A stretch of 24,000 bases of DNA from Actinomycetes bacterium (GTDB lineage: Bacteria; Actinomycetota; Coriobacteriia; Anaerosomatales; Anaerosomataceae), in NCBI GenBank assembly GCA_022839745.1, contig JALHJB010000011.1, positions 8,622 to 32,621 of the forward strand, read 5' to 3'. A program made the position numbers and the translations under genes. The notes under the pieces are model-generated. The model had not been told where the DNA came from. It made no database searches and worked only from the letters and a program-made list of their open reading frames with translations. Positions 13,922 to 23,246 of this stretch are shown piece by piece; the first letter of the stretch is position 1, and each line of letters begins with the position of its first letter.

Positions 13922-14983
13922 TCACGGCGTGAAGTCGGTTGCGGGATCGAGCCTGAGCACGAACGCTGCCAGCAGCCTGGCGGTGTTCTCCACGTCCTCG
14001 AGCGCCAGCACTTCGGTGGGGGTGTGCATGTACCGGAGCGCCACGCTCACCAGCGCGGCCGCCTTGCCGCCACGCGACAGCTGGATCGCGTTCGCGTCGG
14101 TCCCGGTGCCACGGGGCGCGCCCTCGACCTGATACGGGATGCCCTCGGCCTCTGCCGCCTCGACAAGCAGGTCGAACACCCGCGGATTGATGTTGGGGCC
14201 GCGGCTGATCACGGGGCCCTTCCCGCAGACGACCTCGCCGAACTTGCGCTTGTCCACGTCCAGGTAGTCGGTGGCGTGGGTGACCTCGACCGCGATACCC
14301 ACGACCGGGTCCTGGCTGTACGCCGAGGTGGTGCCGCCGCGCAACCCGATCTCTTCCTGCACGGTACCGGCAGCGATCAGATCGCCCGCGGCGCCACCGG
14401 CTTCCTTGACCAGACGCATCGCCTCGGCGCAGATCCACGCGCCCATCTTGTCATCGAACGCTCGGGAGACGGCCATGCCGTCGCCGAAAGTCTCGAGGCC
14501 GACACCGTACGTCACCTGGTCGCCGATGCGGACCTTCTTCTTCACGTCCTCGCCGCTCATGCCGAGGTCGATGAACATGCGGTCTATCTTGACGACCTTC
14601 TTGCGGTCCTCGTCCTCGAGCAGGTGGATGGGCAAGCGGCCGAGCACGCCACGGAGCACGCCCTCCTTCGCATGCACGTCGACGCGCATACCCGGCAGGA
14701 TCTGCGGATCATGCCCACCGATGGGAGCGAACGCGCAGTACCCATCATCGGTGATGTACGTGACCATGAAGCCGATCTCGTCGATGTGACCGGCGAGCAT
14801 GACGCTCGGTCCGTCCCCCGTGCCCTTGAGCACGGCATGGACCGATCCCATCACATCGGTCGCAACCTCGTCGGCGAGCGGGGTCACGTACTCGCGGAAG
14901 ACCCGGGCGGCCGGCTGCTCATAGCCGGACGGAGACGGGGCCTCCACAAGCGTCTTGAAGAACTCGAACGATTCGGGACGCAT
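13922..14983 (-). CDS. M42 family metallopeptidase (glutamyl aminopeptidase / FrvX-type)
   Basis: 353 aa reading FFKTLVEAPSPSGYEQPAARVFREYV...VMLAGHIDEIGFMVTYITDDGY...FAPIGG...RAFDDKMG...QEEIGLRGG...DV...GPNINP...GGTDA. This is the M42 pattern. SD GAGGAGG lies upstream of ATG 14983. Confidence 0.9.
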   Translation of the reverse strand: MRPESFEFFKTLVEAPSPSGYEQPAARVFREYVTPLADEVATDVMGSVHAVLKGTGDGPSVMLAGHIDEIGFMVTYITDDGYCAFAPIGGHDPQILPGMRVDVHAKEGVLRGVLGRLPIHLLEDEDRKKVVKIDRMFIDLGMSGEDVKKKVRIGDQVTYGVGLETFGDGMAVSRAFDDKMGAWICAEAMRLVKEAGGAAGDLIAAGTVQEEIGLRGGTTSAYSQDPVVGIAVEVTHATDYLDVDKRKFGEVVCGKGPVISRGPNINPRVFDLLVEAAEAEGIPYQVEGAPRGTGTDANAIQLSRGGKAAALVSVALRYMHTPTEVLALEDVENTARLLAAFVLRLDPATDFTP

Positions 14984-14995
14984 AGAATGTCCTCC

Positions 14996-15297
14996 TCAAT
15001 GGATACTGGAATGAATACTCAGTCTACCGCCCGACCTGCGATGATGCCAGGTCTCCCACCGCCCCCAGAGCACAAGATCCCGACTCGGACGGCCGATCAC
15101 TTCCTCGCGTGCGTAACCAGTGAGGTCCAGGAACGCCTGGTTCACCTCGTAGACGGCCGCACCGTCCACGCGGGTCATCACAAGCGCACTGGGAGTCCCG
15201 TACCCATGAACCATGTGCGGCTCTGATGCCAGAGCACACCGGCGATCGCAGCGCACGCACCGAACAGGCAGACCATCGCCAGCAGTGCCGTCCTCAT
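14996..15297 (-). pseudogene. Frameshifted and truncated TM-anchor + PAS-domain sensor remnant
   Basis: One frame gives MRTALLAMVCLFGACAAIAGVLWHQS... (a signal-anchor helix; ATG 15297, stop 15178). A second frame (track ORF 14996-15256) gives ...GTPSALVMTRVDGAAVYEVNQAFLDLTGYAREEVIGRPSRDLVLWG, the first half of a PAS domain. That frame then ends in non-PAS sequence 12 nt before the peptidase start. No output domain follows. Confidence 0.4.
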
Positions 15298-15356
15298 ATC
15301 AAGCGCTGCCACGCTGCTCCCTGTCATCGCGCGGGCATGCCTGAACCCTGGAGTCG

Positions 15357-17450
15357 CTACGCCAGCTCGAAGTCCAGCCGGCGCTCGCTCACGCTCGCGT
15401 CGAGGACCCGGACCGTCACCTGTTGGCCGAGACGATAGCTCGTACCCGTGGCCTCGCCTCGCAACAGGAAGCGTTCCGCGTCGAGCCTGTAGTAGTCATC
15501 GGCCATCGTGTCCACATGCACAAGACCTTCCGCTGTGTTTTCCAGCTGAACGAACAGCCCGAACCCCACGACCCCGGTGATGATGCCGCCGAACACCTCG
15601 CCGAGGTGCCGTGCCATCAGAGCGACGAGCTTCACCTTCTGACTGTCGTCCTCAGCGGCTTCCGCCTCGCGCTCCATCGTGGACGAGTGCTCCGCGAGCC
15701 ACTCGAGCTCCGGCACCATCAGCGAAGTGGGCGGCATGTCAAGCGTGCGCGACAACTGCGCTTTGAGCAGCCGGTGCACGATCAGGTCGGGATACCGGCG
15801 TATGGGGCTGGTGAAGTGCGTGTACGCGGTGCTCGCAAGACCAAAGTGCGGACCCAGGTAGTCCACATAACGAGCCCGCTCGAGCGCCCGCAGCACGAGC
15901 GAGTTGATGAGCCGCTCTTCCGGCCTGCCGTGCGCGAACGCGACGATCTTCTGAAAGGTTGCGGGTGTCGCTCCGTGCAACTCCTGCACGGGGTAGCCGA
16001 ACTCCTTGAGGATCACGGACACCTGCGCGAGAGCGTCCGCGTCGGGGTCCTCGTGGATGCGGTAGACCATCGGCGCCTTGGCTGTCGTCATGTGCCGCGC
16101 CACAACCTCGTTGGCGGCGATCATCGCCTCCTCGATCATGTTCGTGGCTTCGGTGCGCGACCGGAGCACCACGTCGATCGGCTCCCCGCGGTCGTCGAGC
16201 GTCACCCGTGCTTCGACCGTGTCGAAGTCGAGACCGCCTCTCGCGATCCGTCGCTCGTGGATACGAGCGGCCACGGTGCGGAAGTCCGTGAGCGCGCGCT
16301 CGCTCTGCTCGTCCGGGAATCCCCCGCCGTCGAACCAGCCCTGCACCTGGTCGTAGTCGAAGCGACGGTCGCTCCTGATGACGGACGGATAGCATTCGTA
16401 GCGCTCCACGAGCCCCGTCTTGTCGAGCACCATCTCAACGGTGAACGTGAGCCTGTCCTCCTGTGGATTGAGCGAGCAGATGACGTTGGAGAGATGCTCG
16501 GGAAGCATCGGCAAGACACGGTCCACCAGGTACACGCTGGTCGCCCGATGCCGCGCCTCAACGTCCACCACCGAGTCCCATGGCACGTAGTGGCTCACAT
16601 CCGCGATGTGCACCCACAGGCGGAACCCCTTGCCCTCGCGCTCGATGGAGATCGCGTCGTCGAAGTCGCGTGCGTCCGCCGGGTCTATCGTGAACGTGAA
16701 CAGGTCGCGGACGTCACGCCGCCCTCGCGCCAACTCGCCGTCGATGTCCTGACGCAACGCCTCGGCGGCCTCGATGACATCCGTGGGGAACTCGGTTGCC
16801 AGGCCGTGTTCGCGGATGATGATCTCCACGTCCACACCCGGAGCGCCTTCGGGGCCGAGCACTTCGGTCAGCACACCCTGCATCGCGTCCCGCCTGTCCG
16901 CATATCGCGTGATACGAGCGACCACGATGTCGTTAGGATGCGGCGACAGCTCGCTTCTGGGCAAATCTATGAACAGGTCCCCGCGGATGCGCGGGTCGGT
17001 GGGTACCACGATCCCGAGCTTTCCGTGACGCTCGAACCGGCCCACCACCTCGGTCACGCCGCGCTCGATGATCTGCACGACCTCGCCGGACCTGCCGAGA
17101 TGCGACCCGCGCGGATCCACTCGCACGCCCACGGTATCGCCGTGCATCGCGCCGTTCATGTCCCGCTTGCCCACGTAGATGTCGCCGAGCGGAGAGCTCA
17201 CGAACCCGAAGCCCCGACGGTTGACCGAGAGCCGCCCCACCACCAGGTGCCGCTCCTTCAGTGGGAGGTACATCCCGTTCCCCACGTCGGCGACCAGGCC
17301 GGACTTCTCGAGTTGGCGCAAAACGTTGGCCACGCGCTCGACATCGAGCCCCGGCCCTCCGCCGAGCTCTACGGCGCCCGCGACGCCGGCGGCGTCAAGC
17401 GGAGTCGACGCCGAACGCAGCGTCTTCAACACGAGCTTGTCCGGTCGCAT
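15357..17450 (-). CDS. rnr: Ribonuclease R (RNB-family 3'-5' exoribonuclease with a C-terminal S1 domain)
   Basis: 697 aa. It has N-terminal winged-helix/cold-shock-like regions (RRGFGFV). The RNB core reads FTIDPADARDFDDAISIE...HIADVSHYV...ATSVYLVDRVLPMLPEHLSN.ICSLNP...YTHFTSPIRRYPDLIVHR. The C-terminal S1 region reads GIITGVVGFGLFVQLENTAEGLVHV. Confidence 0.95.
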   Translation of the reverse strand: MRPDKLVLKTLRSASTPLDAAGVAGAVELGGGPGLDVERVANVLRQLEKSGLVADVGNGMYLPLKERHLVVGRLSVNRRGFGFVSSPLGDIYVGKRDMNGAMHGDTVGVRVDPRGSHLGRSGEVVQIIERGVTEVVGRFERHGKLGIVVPTDPRIRGDLFIDLPRSELSPHPNDIVVARITRYADRRDAMQGVLTEVLGPEGAPGVDVEIIIREHGLATEFPTDVIEAAEALRQDIDGELARGRRDVRDLFTFTIDPADARDFDDAISIEREGKGFRLWVHIADVSHYVPWDSVVDVEARHRATSVYLVDRVLPMLPEHLSNVICSLNPQEDRLTFTVEMVLDKTGLVERYECYPSVIRSDRRFDYDQVQGWFDGGGFPDEQSERALTDFRTVAARIHERRIARGGLDFDTVEARVTLDDRGEPIDVVLRSRTEATNMIEEAMIAANEVVARHMTTAKAPMVYRIHEDPDADALAQVSVILKEFGYPVQELHGATPATFQKIVAFAHGRPEERLINSLVLRALERARYVDYLGPHFGLASTAYTHFTSPIRRYPDLIVHRLLKAQLSRTLDMPPTSLMVPELEWLAEHSSTMEREAEAAEDDSQKVKLVALMARHLGEVFGGIITGVVGFGLFVQLENTAEGLVHVDTMADDYYRLDAERFLLRGEATGTSYRLGQQVTVRVLDASVSERRLDFELA

Positions 17451-17518
17451 CGCTCCTCCGCTCCCCGCGCCTGGGCCACCATTCGTCGAACGGCCCCCGC
17501 CGCGGGTTGTCTCGGGGG

Positions 17519-17524
17519 TAGAAT
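17519..17524 (+). promoter_or_regulatory. Candidate -10 hexamer TAGAAT upstream of the 17572 gene
   Basis: This is the best TAnnnT match in the rnr / 17572 divergent intergenic region. It is followed after exactly 6 nt by ATG 17531, which opens a 13-codon uORF (see findings). Confidence 0.35.
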
Positions 17525-17571
17525 CAACGTATGGTGCAACCTTACCGCAAGCAGCAGCATCAGGAGTCGTG

Positions 17572-17997
17572 ATGGAACACCCTCACCCTCGCCCCGCGTT
17601 GCTCATCCGCGACGGCACGCTCACAAACCCCCGCGATATCGTCCGTGCGCTCGAGACGATCGAGGCGTTCACGTACCGGTACGCGGTCGACGGCGCCGAG
17701 ATCGCCACCGGACGGGCCACGCTGGTGCGCATCATGCTCGACGACTTCTCGGCTACCACGCTCGTGAACGGTTGCCTGTTCCTCAACGTGGCGAGCTTCA
17801 ACTACCTGAACTTCACCACTGATGCGAACGGACGAAGCCATCTGACGCTCTTCAACGACGGAGCAAGCTTCGAGCTCACACCCACCGACGACCCCGAGGG
17901 CCGTCCTGGTCAGCGCGGCGCGATCCGGCTGATGGAAGAAAGCGTGTTCGAGGACAACATGTTCGTCTCACTCGACGACGAGGACGACGACGAGTAA
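17572..17997 (+). CDS. Hypothetical protein with an acidic C-terminal tail (141 aa)
   Basis: ATG 17572 is preceded by AGGAG (17562-17566). The longer track ORF (from 17179) is antisense to rnr. The sequence is MEHPHPRPALLIRDGTLTNPRDIVRALETIEAFTYRYAVDG...NMFVSLDDEDDDE, with good GC3. I recognise no family. Confidence 0.55.
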   Translation: MEHPHPRPALLIRDGTLTNPRDIVRALETIEAFTYRYAVDGAEIATGRATLVRIMLDDFSATTLVNGCLFLNVASFNYLNFTTDANGRSHLTLFNDGASFELTPTDDPEGRPGQRGAIRLMEESVFEDNMFVSLDDEDDDE

Positions 17998-18020
17998 CCC
18001 GCCGGGCACGACCGGTGACG

Positions 18021-19223
18021 TCAGCGCATCTTCTCCCGCAACACCTCGAGCGCCCGCTGGAGCTGGGTATCGGTCTCTCGCTCGGCGATCAACTCGTGAT
18101 CCATCTCCACAACGACGTCCGGTGAAAGCCCGACCCCGTTGATGGCCGTGCCCTTGGGTGTGAGGTAGTGCGCGATCGTGAGCTTGACGGCGCCTCCGAA
18201 CGTCAGCTCTTCGATCTGCTGCACGCTCCCCTTTCCGAAGGTCTGCTCGCCCACGATGGTGGCACGGCCGTGGTCCTTGAGCGCGCCGGCGACGATCTCG
18301 CTCGCCGAGGCGGAGTTGCCGTTGACCAGCAACACGAGCGGCGCGTCGGTGGCGGTCTTGCCGGTGGCGCGGTATCGCTCCGGCTCGCCGCTACGGTCCT
18401 CCACCGAGACGATCACACCGTCGGAGATGAACAGGGAGCTCACCTCCACCGAAGCCGACAACAGGCCCCCGGGGTTGTTCCGCACGTCCAGGACGAAGCC
18501 CTCAGCGCCCTCGGCGGTCAACTCCTCGATCGCCGAGCGGACCTCGGTGGCGGCGTTCTGGTTGAAGCCCTCCAGCTTGATGTAGCCGATGTCGCCCTCG
18601 AGCAGCTCGCTCTTGATGTTGGGGACCTCTATCTTGGCACGTGCGATGGTGAACTCGAGCAGGTCATCGGCGCCATCACGTCGGACACCAAGGCGCACGG
18701 TGGTGCCTTCTTCGCCGCGGATCCGAAGGACCGCCTCATCCACGTCCCAGCGAGGCCGTGCCTCGCCATCGATCTCGATGATGAGATCGCTCGGCTTGAG
18801 CCCGGCCTCAGCGGCCGGCGTATCCTCGATCACCGAGTTCACCACGAGGTCGTCACCGTCGTTGGAGATCGTGATGCCGATCCCATAAAACGCGCCCATG
18901 CTCTGCTCGTTGAAGTACTGGTAATGCTCGTCGTCGAAGTAGACCGCGTGCGAGTCTTCCAGCGACTCGAGCATCCCTCTGATCGCACCAGCCGTCAGGG
19001 ACTCCTCCGACGACGGGCGCAATGCGAGGTCGTCGATGATATCCGCCACCTCGCCAACGGCGCTCTCCACATCACCAGACGCCGATGGATTGACGGCCAT
19101 GCGCTCAGCCTGGCCGAAGTCGCCTGACGCGACCCTGCCGACCAACACGCCACCAGCAAACGCGGTGATGAGGAAGACCGCCGCGATGACGACTGCGGCT
19201 ACGACCTTGAGTGCTTTGCTCAT
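18021..19223 (-). CDS. S41 family C-terminal processing (tail-specific) peptidase with an N-terminal membrane anchor and a PDZ domain
   Basis: 400 aa. The TM helix is VVAAVVIAAVFLITAFAGGVLVG. The PDZ region is GIGITISNDGDDLVVNSVIEDTPAAEAGLKPSDLIIEIDG. The S41 core is GYIKLEGFNQNA...GFVLDVRNNPGGLL...LVLLVNGNSASASEIVAGALKD...GEQTFGKGSVQ. Confidence 0.9.
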   Translation of the reverse strand: MSKALKVVAAVVIAAVFLITAFAGGVLVGRVASGDFGQAERMAVNPSASGDVESAVGEVADIIDDLALRPSSEESLTAGAIRGMLESLEDSHAVYFDDEHYQYFNEQSMGAFYGIGITISNDGDDLVVNSVIEDTPAAEAGLKPSDLIIEIDGEARPRWDVDEAVLRIRGEEGTTVRLGVRRDGADDLLEFTIARAKIEVPNIKSELLEGDIGYIKLEGFNQNAATEVRSAIEELTAEGAEGFVLDVRNNPGGLLSASVEVSSLFISDGVIVSVEDRSGEPERYRATGKTATDAPLVLLVNGNSASASEIVAGALKDHGRATIVGEQTFGKGSVQQIEELTFGGAVKLTIAHYLTPKGTAINGVGLSPDVVVEMDHELIAERETDTQLQRALEVLREKMR

Positions 19224-19230
19224 TGGGTTC

Positions 19231-20137
19231 CTAGACTCTCAGGTAGCGCCTCATCGCGAGCATGGCGCCGGCAAGGCCCATCGCCACACCGGTCACCACG
19301 AGGATGACCGAGACCTGCAGGGCATCTCCGCCGGTCATCGACAGCGGCAGGAACGTCATCAGCTCACTGAGCTTGGGCAGGATGTAGAAGTACAGGACGC
19401 TGAGGGTGCCGATCGCGAGCAGTGCGCCCACCAGGCTCTGGAGCGTGCCCTCGAGGAGGAACGGCGTGCGGATGAACCAGTTCGACGCACCCACGAGCCG
19501 CATGATCGCGATCTCCTTGCGCCGCGCGTAGATGGCGATGCGGATGGCGTTGTTGATGAAGATCATGCTGATCACGGCAAGCATGGCGACGAAGACGATG
19601 CTCACGATCCGGATGATCCGGGTGACCGTGAAGAGCTTCTCGACGACTTCCTGGCCGTACTCGAGCGACTTTGCGGGGTCGTCCGGACGATCGGCGACCG
19701 CCATGAAGTTGTCGCTCGCGACGATCTGCTCGACCACCGTGGACACGTTCCGCGGGTCCTTGAGGTCGATGTCCAGCGATGCGGGCAGCGGGTTGCCCGG
19801 CAGGTTCTCGATGACCTCGGGACTGTCCTCCATCAGGCGCGCCTTGAACTCCTCAAGCGCCTGTTCCTTGGACGTGTAGGCCACGGTGGCGACCATCTCG
19901 TTGGCCATGAGCTCGGCCTGCATCGCGTCGACCTGCTCGGCGGGGGCGCCGTCTTTCAGGAATACCCTGATGGACACCTTGTCCTCGAACGACTCGACGA
20001 CCTGGCCGAGCAGCATGCCCGAGCCAAGCGAGATCCCGACGAGGAGCAACGACAGATAGATCGTGATGATGGCGCCGAGGCTCATCACCCAGTTGCGGCG
20101 GAAGCTGGTCGCCGACTCCTTCATGAAGTAGCCGAAG

Positions 20138-20148
<11 letters not shown>
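19231..20148 (-). CDS. ftsX: Cell-division ABC transporter permease-like protein FtsX
   Basis: Start is ATG 20148 ([38 protein letters not shown]), overlapping the ftsE stop by 11 nt; the track uses 20175. It has four TM segments, a large first extracytoplasmic loop and a C-terminal FtsX-type helix bundle. Confidence 0.9.
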
Positions 20149-20827
<679 letters not shown>

Positions 20828-20865
20828 ATGGATGCTCCATATCTGTGCGACGTTACCCGGGCGCT

Positions 20866-20874
20866 AGTCTAGCA
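20866..20874 (-). promoter_or_regulatory. Candidate extended -10 (TGCTAGACT on the minus strand) for ftsEX-ctp
   Basis: It matches TGnTAnnnT and lies about 39 nt upstream of ftsE ATG 20827, with TGGAG as the SD between them. It shares the 9-mer CTGCTAGAC with the ssrA upstream region. Confidence 0.35.
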
Positions 20875-21009
20875 GAATGCGCGCCGTTCACACTCCGCCG
20901 TGACCCGCCTGTCACCGAATCCATGAGTTCTCCAGAAGGTCAACGTGCACCACGAACGAGGCGTGTGACACACGGAGGCCCGCCGATGCGACTGGATCGG
21001 GATGCGGTC

Positions 21010-21663
21010 CTACCGCCCGGCAGCGCTCAGCGCACAGAGCGGGAACGCGCGGAGACACTCGATGAGCCATGGCGCGTATGCGTCAGGCTGCTCGCGGATG
21101 GCGAAGTCGAGCTCGGCGAGCCGGAACGCCCGTACCTCGTCGACCTCGGCGGGATCGGGGCGAAGTGAGCTGGTGGCCCGCCCTACGAACACATGGCACA
21201 GCTCCTTCTCGCTGCCGAGGCCGGGAAGCTCAGCATGGTAGAAGAACGTACCCACGCTCACGAGATCAGCCGAGCAGCCCAGCTCCTCGCCGATGCGCCG
21301 ACGCGCGGCCTCGGCCACGTCCTCACCAGGATGCGGATGGCCCGCACAGCTGTCCGCCCAGGCGAGCGCCCACAGTCGCTTGAACGCGCTGCGTCGCGCC
21401 AGGAGGAGCCGCCCCTCGTCATCAACGAGCAGCGTCATGAACGCCCGATGCAGGAGGCCGGCGCTGTTGTGAGCGATCGTCCGTGACACGTATCCCAGCT
21501 CGCAATCGTTCTCATCGACCGCGACGACCGGCTCGTCGTACTGCCACGCGGCCTCGGCGGCGGTCGCCCGTTGAGCGACGGCACGGGTGTCAGGAGCACC
21601 TGTGCGCCCGACAGCACCGGGGAGCCGATCGTGCGAGCATGTTGCAGCCTGGCAGTCGCGCAT
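21010..21663 (-). CDS. idi: Type 1 isopentenyl-diphosphate delta-isomerase-like Nudix-fold protein
   Basis: Start is ATG 21663, with GGAGAG 8 nt upstream; the track ORF continues upstream across the ubiD stop and is not credible there. The sequence HNSAGLLHRAFMTLLVDDEGRLLLARRSAFKRLWALAWADSCAGHPHPGEDVAEAARRRIGEELG...GSEKELCHVFVGR...PWLIECL aligns by eye with IDI-1. The metal His residues, the GHP motif and the ExE motif are all present. Confidence 0.75.
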   Translation of the reverse strand: MRDCQAATCSHDRLPGAVGRTGAPDTRAVAQRATAAEAAWQYDEPVVAVDENDCELGYVSRTIAHNSAGLLHRAFMTLLVDDEGRLLLARRSAFKRLWALAWADSCAGHPHPGEDVAEAARRRIGEELGCSADLVSVGTFFYHAELPGLGSEKELCHVFVGRATSSLRPDPAEVDEVRAFRLAELDFAIREQPDAYAPWLIECLRAFPLCALSAAGR

Positions 21664-21725
21664 GGTGCGAACTCTCCGTTCCGCTCGTTCATCCCGCCGC
21701 TCGAGGGCGGGCCTACCGGGAAAGC

Positions 21726-21753
21726 GCCCCTCCCGGTGAGCGCCGGGAGGGGC
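21726..21753 (-). terminator. 11 bp GC hairpin immediately downstream of ubiD (possible terminator or attenuator before idi)
   Basis: GCCCCTCCCGG-TGAGCG-CCGGGAGGGGC. A second, weaker hairpin lies at 21693-21711 (CCCGCC...GGCGGG). Confidence 0.4.
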
Positions 21754-21764
21754 ACCATGAGGTC

Positions 21765-23246
21765 CTATCCGCCGAACAGCGAGGGAGCCCACTTGGCTGG
21801 GTCGACCTCGAGGAAGGCGGACCGCTTGAACCGGTCCTTCAACTCGAACGGCACAGTGCAATCGAAGATCGCCTTGCAGGAGATGCCGCGGTCGCGCAGC
21901 GCCGCGTTGTACTCGGGGCCCTGCGACGGGTCGAGCGGGTGGCACCTCACGCCGGGGATCATGATCGTGTCAACATCGCCCTGATAGCGGGTGTTCAGCG
22001 CCCACAGCACATCGTTGCTGTCGAACGGATCGACGTCCTCGTCCACGAGTATGACGTGCTTGAGCTCAGAGAACGCCGAGAACGCGAGCAGCGCGGCCTG
22101 GCGCTGTCGGCCCTCGTCGCTCGGGATGCTCTTCTTGAACTGCATGACGGCCATGTACTTGCCGCCGCCGGCCGAGTGCGCGTATACGTTCTGCAGCCGG
22201 CCCGGCATCGCGCGATCCACCATCTGGATGATGCTCGCCTCGGTCGGGATGCCGGCCATGCTCACGTGTTCCTCGCTCGGACCGATCACCGTCTGCATGA
22301 TGGGGTTCGTGCGATGCGTGACGGCCTTCACCTTGATCACGGGCAGCTCGGGGTTAGCCCGCCCGGTGTACCCAGGGAATTCGGGCATCGCTTTGCCGGT
22401 ATCGGTGTTCTGGTCCTCACGGACGCGAACGTTCGGCAGCAGCTCTCCCTCGATCACGTACTCGGCGTTGGCGATCGCCTTCTCCCCTATCGTAAGGCAG
22501 TCGACCATCTCCACAGCCGTGCCGCGGATGGCGCCCGCGATGCTCAGCTCGTTGAAGCCGAGGGGTGTGGTCGGCGGCTCGAAGCACGCCGCTATCTCGA
22601 TCGCGGGGTCCACGCCGATGCTGATCGAGATCGGCAGCGGCTTGCCCGCAGCCTCGGCCTTCTCGCGGAAGACCGTGAGATGGCGCGCGCCCGGTACGAA
22701 GTACATCGAGATCTCATCCTTGCTCTGCAGGCAGAGCCGGTGGATCGTCACATCGGACTCTCCGGTCTCGGGGTCCGACGCGTAACACATGCCCATCGTG
22801 ACGTACGGGCCCGCGTCCTCCGGTGTGTTGGTGGGAGCGGGGATCAGCTTCCGGATGTCGAAGCCGGGATCCTCGGCCCGGTGCACGACCTCCTGGCACA
22901 CGGCCTCTGACTGTGGGACCGTGACCGGGTCGATCGGCGAGGCCACCGCGTCTTTCAGCAGGTAGCCGAGGCGCCTCGGGTCGGTGTCGAGCATCAGTCC
23001 GACACGCTCGCGGCTCGCCAGAAGCCCGATGAGGACGCGGGCGCCTTCGTGCCCCTTCACGTTGTTGAACACCATGGCGGGGCCGAGCTGCGTTGGCCGC
23101 ATGACCGTGCCCCATGCACCCACGTGGCGGTACACGCCGGACAGCTCTGCATCCGGGTCGACCTCCACGTCGGTTTCGAGCAGCTGCTCGGGATGGTGCG
23201 CGAGCAGATCCAGCATCGATCGTAGATCGGGATACTTACCTGACAT
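21765..23246 (-). CDS. UbiD-family prFMN-dependent (de)carboxylase
   Basis: Start is ATG 23246, with AAGGAG 6 nt upstream; the track ORF begins at 23366 inside the upstream gene. The sequence is MSGKYPDLRSMLDLLAHHPEQLLETDVEVDPDAELSGVY...AMVFNNVKGH...GPYVTMGMCYASDPETG..DVTIHRLCLQSKDE...PISISIGVDPA...IEGELLP...EFPGYTG...HRTNPIMQT...GGGKYMAVMQFKK...VILVDEDVDPFDSNDVLWALNTR. This is the typical UbiD/LpdC-like family pattern. Confidence 0.9.
   Translation of the reverse strand: MSGKYPDLRSMLDLLAHHPEQLLETDVEVDPDAELSGVYRHVGAWGTVMRPTQLGPAMVFNNVKGHEGARVLIGLLASRERVGLMLDTDPRRLGYLLKDAVASPIDPVTVPQSEAVCQEVVHRAEDPGFDIRKLIPAPTNTPEDAGPYVTMGMCYASDPETGESDVTIHRLCLQSKDEISMYFVPGARHLTVFREKAEAAGKPLPISISIGVDPAIEIAACFEPPTTPLGFNELSIAGAIRGTAVEMVDCLTIGEKAIANAEYVIEGELLPNVRVREDQNTDTGKAMPEFPGYTGRANPELPVIKVKAVTHRTNPIMQTVIGPSEEHVSMAGIPTEASIIQMVDRAMPGRLQNVYAHSAGGGKYMAVMQFKKSIPSDEGRQRQAALLAFSAFSELKHVILVDEDVDPFDSNDVLWALNTRYQGDVDTIMIPGVRCHPLDPSQGPEYNAALRDRGISCKAIFDCTVPFELKDRFKRSAFLEVDPAKWAPSLFGG

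Noticed and set aside
13814-15226. 470 aa plus-strand ORF covering the M42 peptidase region, and similar giants at 15423-17822 (799 aa), 18168-19127, 19036-20181, 21483-22910 and 9696-10415
   Set aside because: Each lies exactly opposite a gene with an unmistakable family signature: M42 peptidase, RNase R, S41 protease, FtsX, UbiD, or the genes on the minus strand between 9483 and 10325 (COG2426-type and hypothetical). Their products are Arg/His/Asp/Gly-rich with no recognisable motifs. They are shadow ORFs.
20845-21168. 107 aa plus-strand ORF in the ftsE-idi gap, and the 20828-21009 gap as a possible hidden gene or ncRNA
   Set aside because: The ORF runs antisense into the 3' end of idi and has no SD or recognisable motif. 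The gap is adequately explained by the ftsE promoter/5' UTR and the idi 3' end. I saw no convincing conserved RNA structure.
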